Shown here: positions 1 through 8,347 of the stretch, piece after piece
Layout: the number at the start of each line of letters is the position of its first letter
Numbering within the stretch: position 1 is the stretch's first letter
Source of the DNA: an uncultured Ruminococcus sp.
GTDB taxonomy: Bacteria > Bacillota > Clostridia > Oscillospirales > Acutalibacteraceae
Assembly: GCA_964427365.1 (NCBI GenBank)
Contig: CAYRTG010000005.1
Location: forward strand, 1-51,207
DNA length: 51,207 nucleotides
Direction: 5' to 3'
Notes under the pieces: model-generated
Database searches by the model: none
Seen by the model: only the letters and a program-made list of their open reading frames with translations
Told to the model about the DNA's origin: nothing
Program-made: the position numbers and the translations under genes

Positions 1-149
1 TATCGTTACTATATTTTTTTACTAAAATGGGTCACATCTATTTACAACGCAGAAGTAAAATAATGTTTTTTTGATTATTTACCTTGCTTTTGTATGTAAA
101 AAGTAGTAAAATTAACTATATGTGATTATTTTACAGTGGGGGTTTACAT

Positions 150-1817
150 ATGAATAGGGTTTTCCGAATTTCTTTATCAGCTATTATCTGCGGCATTATT
201 ATGTGCTTAAGTGTTTTTTCAGCATTTGCAGCAGATAAAACCTATGAAGTTAAGGATATAGGAGTGACAATTTCTCTTCCTGACGATATGCTGACAGTTA
301 CCCGTGACAGCAAGAAAACAGATCCGTATTTTGGTATGTTTAAACTTGACTACAACGAAACTATGGAGGATTTTACCGAGGGAAATATTTATATTCAGTC
401 TAAAAAGACCGACAGCTCCCTAACACTTACTGTTACAATGAAAGAATCCGAGGAAAGCCAAAGTATTAGTAATTATAATAACCTTTCCGAAACAGAGCTA
501 AATAAAATTAAAAGCAGTTATTCAAACGATAAAACCTACAAGTCCTGTGCAACTGCAAAATACAACGGAAATACATATATATCCCTTACTGTAAGCACAA
601 AATCCGGCAAGAAAACCGTCCAGGCACAGCAGGCTAATACTATTGTAGGAGGAAAGTATTATTCAATTACTCTCCAACCTGCTAAAGGTAAAAAGCTGAC
701 AGAGGATAATAAAAACCTTATGGAGGACATATTATCTTCTCTTATAATTACCGAAAGCAACTTCTTTAACGATAACAAGGAAATTATTATTTTCGGCAGC
801 ATAGTTATATTTGCTGCAATTGCTATAATTGTATTATTTGTTCTTTTAATTAAGCATTTCAGAAATCCTTTAAGAAAGAATAAAAATCTTATTCACGATT
901 TGGCTCACGAGCACAGAATTTCCGAAACTACACAGATTCCCAGAAAACGCATAAGTACAAACACTTACCATAACAGGTCTTTCTTAGATGAATTTGAACC
1001 TATCGGTAAAAAGGGCAGAAAGAATAAAACTTCTGCAAAAACAAAAACACAGGATCTCTCTGTATCAGAACCCATAAAAGAGGAAATAATACCTGATGAT
1101 AATATGGTATCGGTTGATGAGCTTCTGGGTATCAGTACTGAGGCTGAAGATGTTGTTAATACAACAAATAATCCAAGGTCTATTGCTGAAGATATTGAGG
1201 AGACAGAGGAAATATCAGATAAAGCTGAATCGCCGATTACGGAAGAAACACCTGTAGTACAGGGTGAAGAAAACATTGAGGTAGGTACTGATTATTTTGA
1301 TGTTGTGCCTGAAGAAGAAGAGCTGTACTCCTACTCGGATGTTGATACTGCTGTTGAAGATTACAGTGCAGCAAAGCGTCAGGCTGACAGGGCCAAAGCA
1401 AGAGAATATGAAAAACAAATAAGGAATGCAACGCCAAGTGGTTTGGAAACTACTCTAAAAATATTAAAAGCAATAGGCAGGGGACTTTTTACTGTATTGC
1501 AAACCTTGTGGCTTGTAATTTGTTTTGTTGTTATTCACTTAAAATATTTCTGCATAAATGTGTACAGATTAATAAAAAAGAGCATCGCTGAGCACAAGCG
1601 CAAAAAGAAAGAACAGGAGCGTAGACAAAGAGCTGAGGACCGTCGCCGAAGACAGCGTGAAGCTGAAATGAACAGACGCATACAAAATGCAAACCGTGGT
1701 GAAAATGACCTTGTTAAGGTTCGTTCAAATGGTGAAAGAGTCCGCAGACATACTCAGCCTGTCAGAACAGTTTCAAGACAGATAACAGAAAAAGGATCGC
1801 AAAGGTCAAGAAGATAA
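150..1817 (+). CDS. Hypothetical secreted/membrane-anchored protein (signal peptide, extracellular domain, TM helix, acidic linker, basic coiled tail)
   Basis: 555-aa ORF; signal peptide ending SAFA-A; hydrophobic helix IIIFGSIVIFAAIAIIVLFVLLI; second hydrophobic stretch near aa 445-470; GGGGG RBS upstream. Confidence 0.8.
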   Translation: MNRVFRISLSAIICGIIMCLSVFSAFAADKTYEVKDIGVTISLPDDMLTVTRDSKKTDPYFGMFKLDYNETMEDFTEGNIYIQSKKTDSSLTLTVTMKESEESQSISNYNNLSETELNKIKSSYSNDKTYKSCATAKYNGNTYISLTVSTKSGKKTVQAQQANTIVGGKYYSITLQPAKGKKLTEDNKNLMEDILSSLIITESNFFNDNKEIIIFGSIVIFAAIAIIVLFVLLIKHFRNPLRKNKNLIHDLAHEHRISETTQIPRKRISTNTYHNRSFLDEFEPIGKKGRKNKTSAKTKTQDLSVSEPIKEEIIPDDNMVSVDELLGISTEAEDVVNTTNNPRSIAEDIEETEEISDKAESPITEETPVVQGEENIEVGTDYFDVVPEEEELYSYSDVDTAVEDYSAAKRQADRAKAREYEKQIRNATPSGLETTLKILKAIGRGLFTVLQTLWLVICFVVIHLKYFCINVYRLIKKSIAEHKRKKKEQERRQRAEDRRRRQREAEMNRRIQNANRGENDLVKVRSNGERVRRHTQPVRTVSRQITEKGSQRSRR

Positions 1818-1829
1818 TAAGGTGATATT

Positions 1830-3092
1830 TTGACTTTACTTATTAAAAACACAAATGTTATTGACCCTTCACAGGGGATAGATAAAGTTGCAGATATTTT
1901 TATTGAAAACGGAAAAATCAAAGGCATTGGCAGATATGAAAAAGCTGACAGAGTAATCGACGGCAGCGCCCTTATTGCTGCACCGGGACTTGTGGATATG
2001 CACGTTCATTTAAGAGACCCCGGTCAGACCGAAAAAGAGGATATAATAACAGGCTGTAATGCAGCAACTGCGGGGGGTGTAACAAGCCTTCTTGCGATGC
2101 CTAACACAAAACCTGTCGCTGACAGCGCTGAAACCATTAAATATATTATTGACAAATCCAAAAGAGCCAAAGCTAAGGTTTATGTAGCTGCAAGTATTAC
2201 AAAAGGGCTTAAAAGCCTTGAAGCAACTGATTTGGAAGAAGTTAAAAAGGCAGGGGCTGTTGCTCTTTCTGATGACGGCAAACCTGTTGAAAATACAGAA
2301 ATGTTAAAAAATGCAATGATTAAGGCTCCGCAGCTTGGTTTGACTGTTACAGCCCATTGTGAGTCATTGTTTTTAGCTGTCGGCGGAATAATCAATGAAG
2401 GGGAAGTATCAAAAAAACTTGGAGTTAAAGGTGTTCCTGCTTCTGCAGAGGATTGCGGAACTCAAAGGGAAATTGCTTTTGCAGACGCACTTAATGTTCC
2501 TGTTCATATATGCCATGTAAGCACAGATACTTCTGTTAAGCTTGTCCGTGACGCAAAATCAAGGGGAGTAAAGGTAACCTGCGAAACAGCGCCCCACTAC
2601 TTTTCATTAACTGAAAAAGAGTTGCTGACAAGAGATGCTGATTTCAGAATGAACCCACCGTTAAGAACGGAAAAGGACAGACTTGCTGTTATAGAGGGAT
2701 TGGTTGACGGCACAATTGACGTAATTGCAACTGACCATGCACCTCATACTCCGCAGGAAAAGTCAGATTTTGAAAAAGCTCCTAATGGATCAATCGGTAT
2801 GGAAACCTCGCTTTCTGTGGGAATTACAAATCTTGTGAAAACAGGCAAGCTGACAGTTTATGAGCTGATTGAAAAAATGAGCACAAACCCTGCAAAAATT
2901 CTAAATATTGACGCAGGAACATTAAAAGATGGCGCTACGGCTGATATAGTAATATTTGATATTAAGGAAAGCTATACTGTTGATGTGGAAAAACTCCACG
3001 GTAAAAGTAAAAACTCACCTTTCAAAAACAAAACCTTGTTTGGTAAGGTTAAATATACTATTCTAAACGGTGAAGTTGTGTATAGTGATTAA
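1830..3092 (+). CDS. pyrC: Dihydroorotase
   Basis: PGLVDMHVHLRDPG, AMPNTKP, HICHVS, MNPPLR, IATDHAPH motifs; TTG start after AAGGTG; pyrF nearby. Confidence 0.95.
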   Translation: MTLLIKNTNVIDPSQGIDKVADIFIENGKIKGIGRYEKADRVIDGSALIAAPGLVDMHVHLRDPGQTEKEDIITGCNAATAGGVTSLLAMPNTKPVADSAETIKYIIDKSKRAKAKVYVAASITKGLKSLEATDLEEVKKAGAVALSDDGKPVENTEMLKNAMIKAPQLGLTVTAHCESLFLAVGGIINEGEVSKKLGVKGVPASAEDCGTQREIAFADALNVPVHICHVSTDTSVKLVRDAKSRGVKVTCETAPHYFSLTEKELLTRDADFRMNPPLRTEKDRLAVIEGLVDGTIDVIATDHAPHTPQEKSDFEKAPNGSIGMETSLSVGITNLVKTGKLTVYELIEKMSTNPAKILNIDAGTLKDGATADIVIFDIKESYTVDVEKLHGKSKNSPFKNKTLFGKVKYTILNGEVVYSD

Positions 3093-3111
3093 TATAAAAT
3101 TATAGATTAAA

Positions 3112-3277
3112 TTATGCGATGATTTTCTCGCTTGTAAAGCGGCGGATGTCATTCACTGTTTCAATGGGAATTATAATCTCCCGCTGAAACACTGAGGAGT
3201 TAACGCTCCCATCAAAACTGCAATCTGTCGCAAGCTCCATTTCAAGCAGGCTTGCCGGAGCGTCGCACCGATTTAAA
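3112..3277. repeat. Dispersed multi-hairpin intergenic element, copy 1 (MITE/REP-like or structured RNA)
   Basis: Near-identical to 37996-38143 and, in its 3' half, to 26175-26258; four to five consecutive stem-loops. Confidence 0.85.
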
Positions 3278-3302
3278 ATTAGTTTTATGGAGGAATTTAG
3301 TT

Positions 3303-4274
3303 ATGGCAAAAGGTGATTTGCTGTCAGTTAGAGAGGACGTTCGAGTTGTTGACGCTACACTTCGTGACGGCGGACTTTGTAACGACTTCTTTTTTACTGA
3401 CAAATTTGTAAAGGACTTATACAAAAACAACGTAAATGCCGGCGTTGACTATATGGAGTTCGGCTACAAAGCTTCTAAGGATATGTTCAACCCTGAAAAA
3501 TTCGGCAAATGGAAATTCTGTGATGATGAAGACATCAGAAAGGTTGTAGGAGAAAACAAAACTCCTATGAAGATTGCAGTTATGGCTGACGTTGGCAGAT
3601 GCAATTATAAGCGTGATATCCGTCCTAAAAAGGAAAGCCCTGTAGATTTAGTCAGAATTGCTACATATATTAACACAATTCCTGTTGCCAGCGATATGAT
3701 TGAACATTGCCACAAATTAGGCTATGAAACATCAATCAATATTATGGCAATTTCCAAAAACAGAACAGAGGACATTTGTGCTGCTCTTGATGTTTTCGGT
3801 AAATCGTCAGTTGATACATTTTACATAGTAGATAGCTATGGTGCTTTTTATCCTGAACAGATAAGAAAAACAGCTCAATTGTACCTTGAATATGCAGATA
3901 AGTATAAGAAAAATGTTGGTATTCACGCTCATAATAACCAGAGTCTGGCTTTTGCAAACACAATTGAAGCTTTGCAGGAGGGTGTAAGCTATCTTGACGC
4001 TACTGTTATGGGTATGGGACGTGGTGCAGGTAACTGTCAGTCTGAACTTCTAATCGGCTTTCTTAAAAATCCTAAGTATAATGTTGAGCCAATTCTTGCT
4101 CAGATTGAGGAGCATATGTTGAAGCTTAAGAAAGAGGGCGTTAAGTGGGGCTTTGATGTTCCTTACATACTTACAGGTCAGCAGAACAGCCACCCTCGTT
4201 CCGCTATTGCTTTTCAAAAGGAAAACCGTACCGATTACAGACAGCTTCGTCTGGAATTATTTGATATGGAATAA
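3303..4274 (+). CDS. HMGL-like (DRE-TIM metallolyase) aldolase-family protein
   Basis: DATLRDGG, GIHAHNN, GMGRGAGN motifs; ATG at 3303 with GGAGG RBS (track start 3252 lies inside the repeat element). Confidence 0.85.
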   Translation: MAKGDLLSVREDVRVVDATLRDGGLCNDFFFTDKFVKDLYKNNVNAGVDYMEFGYKASKDMFNPEKFGKWKFCDDEDIRKVVGENKTPMKIAVMADVGRCNYKRDIRPKKESPVDLVRIATYINTIPVASDMIEHCHKLGYETSINIMAISKNRTEDICAALDVFGKSSVDTFYIVDSYGAFYPEQIRKTAQLYLEYADKYKKNVGIHAHNNQSLAFANTIEALQEGVSYLDATVMGMGRGAGNCQSELLIGFLKNPKYNVEPILAQIEEHMLKLKKEGVKWGFDVPYILTGQQNSHPRSAIAFQKENRTDYRQLRLELFDME

Positions 4275-4280
4275 GGTGTA

Positions 4281-5222
4281 ATGATGGCTTTTGATAAACT
4301 TATTGAAAAAATCGTTGAAATGCAAAATCCTACTGTAGCAGGTCTTGACCCAAAGCTTGACTATGTGCCGCAGTTTATTAAGGATGAATGCTTTGAAAAA
4401 TACGGTGTAACTCTTAAGGCTGCTGCAGAAGCTCTCTTAGTGTTCAATAAGGCATTGATTGATGAGCTTTATGACATTGTTCCGGCAATTAAGCCACAGG
4501 CAGCATATTATGAAATGTATGGTTATGACGGTGTAAAAGCACTTGCCGACACAATTGCTTATGCCGGGTCAAAGGGTATGTATGTTATTACTGACGGTAA
4601 GCGCAATGATATAGGTACAACTATGGAAGCCTATGCTGCTGCACACCTTGGTTCAACAAAGGTTAATGATAATATGTTAAGCGCTTTCGGTGCAGATGCA
4701 TTAACAGTAAACGGATACCTTGGAAGTGACGGAATTAAGCCCCTTCTCAATGTTTGCAATGAAAAGGATAAAGGGATTTTTGTTCTTGTAAAAACTTCAA
4801 ATCCAAGCTCCGGAGAGCTTCAGGACTTGAAGCTTGAAAATGGCGAAACAGTTTATGAACATATGGGTTCAATGTGTGAAAGCTGGGGAGAAAACCTTGA
4901 GGGTAAGTATGGTTACAGCGGTGTAGGTGCAGTTGTAGGGGCAACCTATCCTGAAATGCTTAAGGAGTTGAGAGCTAAAATGCCTCACACCTTCTTTCTT
5001 GTTCCCGGATACGGTGCACAGGGCGGCGGTGCCAATGATGTTAAATTTGCTTTTGACAGCAACGGAATCGGTGCTATTGTAAATTCAAGCCGTGGAATTA
5101 TGTGCGCTTGGCAAAGGCAGGAGAACAAAACCGAAAAGGATTTTGCTAAGGCAGCAAGAATTGAAGCCATCCGTATGGGTGATGATATTCGCTCGGTTAC
5201 AGGAGAAATGAAGATAAAATAA
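4281..5222 (+). CDS. pyrF: Orotidine-5'-phosphate decarboxylase
   Basis: GLDP, KPQAAYYE, DGKRNDIG, KTSNP, GAVVGAT, PGYGAQGG, NSSRGI motifs. Confidence 0.95.
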   Translation: MMAFDKLIEKIVEMQNPTVAGLDPKLDYVPQFIKDECFEKYGVTLKAAAEALLVFNKALIDELYDIVPAIKPQAAYYEMYGYDGVKALADTIAYAGSKGMYVITDGKRNDIGTTMEAYAAAHLGSTKVNDNMLSAFGADALTVNGYLGSDGIKPLLNVCNEKDKGIFVLVKTSNPSSGELQDLKLENGETVYEHMGSMCESWGENLEGKYGYSGVGAVVGATYPEMLKELRAKMPHTFFLVPGYGAQGGGANDVKFAFDSNGIGAIVNSSRGIMCAWQRQENKTEKDFAKAARIEAIRMGDDIRSVTGEMKIK

Positions 5223-5262
5223 GTGAAATTTATAGATTTTGATGTATTAGTATGTTAATTTA

Positions 5263-5291
5263 TTGACAATAAAAATCTATAAGAGTATAAT
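5263..5291 (+). promoter_or_regulatory. Consensus sigma-A promoter for serC-serA
   Basis: TTGACA (5263-5268), 17 nt, TATAAT (5286-5291). Confidence 0.8.
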
Positions 5292-5328
5292 AATTTATTA
5301 GTAATTTATTTTAAGGAGTGTCAAGATT

Positions 5329-6411
5329 ATGGCAAGAGTATATAACTTTTCTGCAGGACCGGCTGTTATTCCTGAGTCTGTACTTAAAGAAGCTGCTGAA
5401 GAAATGATGGATTATAGGGGTAGCGGTATGTCCGTTATGGAAATGAGCCACCGTTCAAAGTGGTTTGACGACATTATTAAGGATGCTGAAAAAGACTTAA
5501 GGGAGCTTATGAATATCCCTGATAATTACAAGATTCTTTTCTTACAGGGTGGAGCAAGCCTTCAGTTTGCTGCTATTCCAATGAACCTTATGAAAAATAA
5601 GGTTGCTGATTACATAGTTACAGGCCAGTGGGCTAAGAAAGCATTTGCCGAGGCTAAGATTTTCGGTCAGGCTAACAAAATTGCTACATCAGAGGATAAG
5701 ACTTTTTCATATATTCCTGATTGTTCAGATCTTCCTATTAGTGAAAATGCTGATTATGTATATATTTGCGAGAACAATACAATTTACGGTACAAAGTTCC
5801 ACGAGCTTCCAAACACAAAGGGCAAGCCATTGGTAGCTGATGTATCTTCTTGTTTCCTTTCAGAGCCTGTTGACGTTGAAAAGTACGGAGTTATTTATGC
5901 AGGTGTTCAGAAGAATGCAGGTCCTGCCGGCTTACAGATTGTTATTATTCGTGAGGACTTAATTACTGATGATGTTCTTCCGGGTACACCAACAATGATG
6001 AAATATAAGACACAGGCTGATGCCGGTTCTCTTTACAACACACCGCCTTGCTACGACATTTATATTTGCGGCAAGATTTTTAAGTGGGTTAAAGAAATGG
6101 GCGGACTTGAAGCTATGAAAGTCCACAATGAGAAGAAAGCAAATATTCTTTACGATTTCCTTGATCAGAGCAAAATGTTTAAGGGAACAGTTGAGAAGAA
6201 GGATCGTTCTCTTATGAACGTACCTTTTGTTACAGGCAACGCTGAATTAGACGCTAAGTTTGTTAAGGAAGCTACTGCAGCCGGATTTGTAAACCTTAAG
6301 GGTCACCGTACAGTTGGCGGTATGCGTGCTTCTCTTTATAATGCTATGCCAATTGAGGGTGTAGAAAAGCTCGTTGAATTTATGAAGAAGTTTGAAGCTG
6401 AAAACAAATAG
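5329..6411 (+). CDS. serC: Phosphoserine aminotransferase
   Basis: YNFSAGPA, EMSHRS, QGGAS, AGVQKN (PLP lysine), NTPP, KGHRTVGGMRASLYNA. Confidence 0.97.
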   Translation: MARVYNFSAGPAVIPESVLKEAAEEMMDYRGSGMSVMEMSHRSKWFDDIIKDAEKDLRELMNIPDNYKILFLQGGASLQFAAIPMNLMKNKVADYIVTGQWAKKAFAEAKIFGQANKIATSEDKTFSYIPDCSDLPISENADYVYICENNTIYGTKFHELPNTKGKPLVADVSSCFLSEPVDVEKYGVIYAGVQKNAGPAGLQIVIIREDLITDDVLPGTPTMMKYKTQADAGSLYNTPPCYDIYICGKIFKWVKEMGGLEAMKVHNEKKANILYDFLDQSKMFKGTVEKKDRSLMNVPFVTGNAELDAKFVKEATAAGFVNLKGHRTVGGMRASLYNAMPIEGVEKLVEFMKKFEAENK

Positions 6412-6447
6412 TTCAGCCTGAAAATATTGTTAAAGAAGGTTTTTTAA

Positions 6448-7590
6448 ATGTATAATATTCTTACTTTAAATAAAATTTCACCAAACGGCACAGACCGTAT
6501 GGGCGTTAATTATAATGTTGGCGACGATGTTAAGAATCCTGTGGCAGTTTTAGTTCGTTCTGCTTCAATGCACGAAATGGAAATGCCTGAATCACTTTTG
6601 GCTATTGCACGCTGCGGTGCAGGTACAAACAATATTCCTAAAGAGACTTGTGCTGACAAGGGTATTGTAGTATTCAACACTCCCGGCGCAAATGCAAATG
6701 CTGTAAAAGAGCTTGTTGTTGCAGGTCTTCTTTTAAGCTCACGCAAGGTTGTCGAGGGTATTGAGTGGGTTAAAACTCTTAAGGGCAACGGAGATTCCGT
6801 GGGCAAAATGGCTGAAAAAGGTAAAGGTCAGTTTGCAGGTCCTGAAATTATGGGTAAAACCCTTGGCGTTGTAGGCTTGGGTGCAATCGGTATTTTAGTT
6901 GCTAATGCCGCCGTTGCTTTAGGTATGAAGGTTATAGGCTACGATCCATTCCTTTCAGTTAACAACGCTTTAAAGCTTAACCCTGCTGTTAAGGTTATGA
7001 AAACCCAAGAGGAAGTTATGACTTCCTGCGATTATTTAACAATTCACGTTCCTCTTATGGATTCAACCAGAAATATGGTAGATGCAGATATGATTGCAAA
7101 AATGAAGGACGGAGTAAAAATTCTTAACTTCAGCCGTGACGGTCTTGTTAATTCTACAGCAGTTCTTGAAGCTATTAAAAGAGGTAAGGTTGCAAAGTAT
7201 GTTACAGATTTTGCAACTGACGATGTTCTTGCTGAAGAAGGTGTAATTTGTTTGCCGCACCTTGGCGCATCTACTCCGGAAAGCGAAGACAACTGTGCAA
7301 TTATGGCTACCGACCAGGTTATGGATTATCTTGAGAACGGTAACATTGTAAACTCTGTAAACTACCCTGCAGTTTCAATGGCAAAATCAGGTGATGTTCG
7401 TTACTGTGTAATGTTCAAAGCCTCTGATGACGCAGTTAAGAACATTACTGCGGCTGTATCCGGTTTAGTTGCTGTTGAGGCTAAAACTCGCGGCAACTAC
7501 GGTTATGCAATTGTTGATGCAAATGACGATACTTCTGTTGCTGCTGTTGAGGCTGTAGCTGATGTAATCAAGGTAAGAGTAATTAAATAA
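6448..7590 (+). CDS. serA: D-3-phosphoglycerate dehydrogenase
   Basis: ARCGAGTNNI, NTPGANANAV, GLGAIG Rossmann motif, NFSR, PHLGAST; follows serC. Confidence 0.92.
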   Translation: MYNILTLNKISPNGTDRMGVNYNVGDDVKNPVAVLVRSASMHEMEMPESLLAIARCGAGTNNIPKETCADKGIVVFNTPGANANAVKELVVAGLLLSSRKVVEGIEWVKTLKGNGDSVGKMAEKGKGQFAGPEIMGKTLGVVGLGAIGILVANAAVALGMKVIGYDPFLSVNNALKLNPAVKVMKTQEEVMTSCDYLTIHVPLMDSTRNMVDADMIAKMKDGVKILNFSRDGLVNSTAVLEAIKRGKVAKYVTDFATDDVLAEEGVICLPHLGASTPESEDNCAIMATDQVMDYLENGNIVNSVNYPAVSMAKSGDVRYCVMFKASDDAVKNITAAVSGLVAVEAKTRGNYGYAIVDANDDTSVAAVEAVADVIKVRVIK

Positions 7591-7648
7591 ATTTTTTGAC
7601 TTTGACCTTGAAATGAATATTTTGTTAATTATATAAAAAAGGTGCAAC

Positions 7649-7680
7649 AAAAGGGGCTGTCTTAACGACGCCCCTTTTTT
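7649..7680 (+). terminator. Rho-independent terminator after serA
   Basis: AAAAGGGGC-TGTC...GAC-GCCCC-TTTTTT hairpin plus U-tract. Confidence 0.8.
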
Positions 7681-8347
7681 GAATACATGTAGAAATTTAA
7701 ATGATTTATAACCTATTCACCAATATTCCCCGCCTCTTAGGCGATGGGGTTGCCTCGTAGCAGCCGATGAAAAGCAAGATTACATCGGACTTTGCTCCTA
7801 ATTAAAAAACAAATTCCGTTGACGGAAAAGCTGTTTACTCAGCCGACCAACAGACGAAGGAGGATCGGCAGCTACATATTCTGAGAGCAATCTTTTTAAT
7901 TTCTTCAACCTTGCTAACTTTATCAAAAATTTTATTGATTTAATTGATGTTAAATTGCTATTGCAAAATTAGATTGACGTGTTGCTTGTTTAGATATCTT
8001 TTGTTTTTTTATTGATTCTTGTGTTAAAAAATTGTTGAGAAGTACCTCTTTTTTGGTTAATTGTTGTAATAAACTTATTATACCATATCTTTGAGCTACT
8101 TCTCTTTTTTATTGGGTTATATCATTTTTATAAATACAATTAAATAAGAAAATTTGTGAAAATTTTTTGACAATATATTGACACAACACTTTTTTTAATA
8201 CTAATATAAAATTGATTTGAACTTAAGTTGTTTATAATGAACGTTTGTTTTTAGGAGATTATCTTTAGATATGCCCTTTACTAATAACCTAAGTTATCGG
8301 TATTAATTTTCGCTGTATTCTAAAATATTACGGAAAGAGGAATTGTT

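Noticed and set aside
3112-3277. PyrR-binding attenuator or riboswitch in the pyr region
   Set aside because: No PyrR consensus loop or U-tract terminator is visible, and homologous copies sit next to unrelated genes
3252-3302. N-terminal extension of the aldolase ORF given by the track
   Set aside because: It lies within the repeat element; the RBS supports ATG 3303
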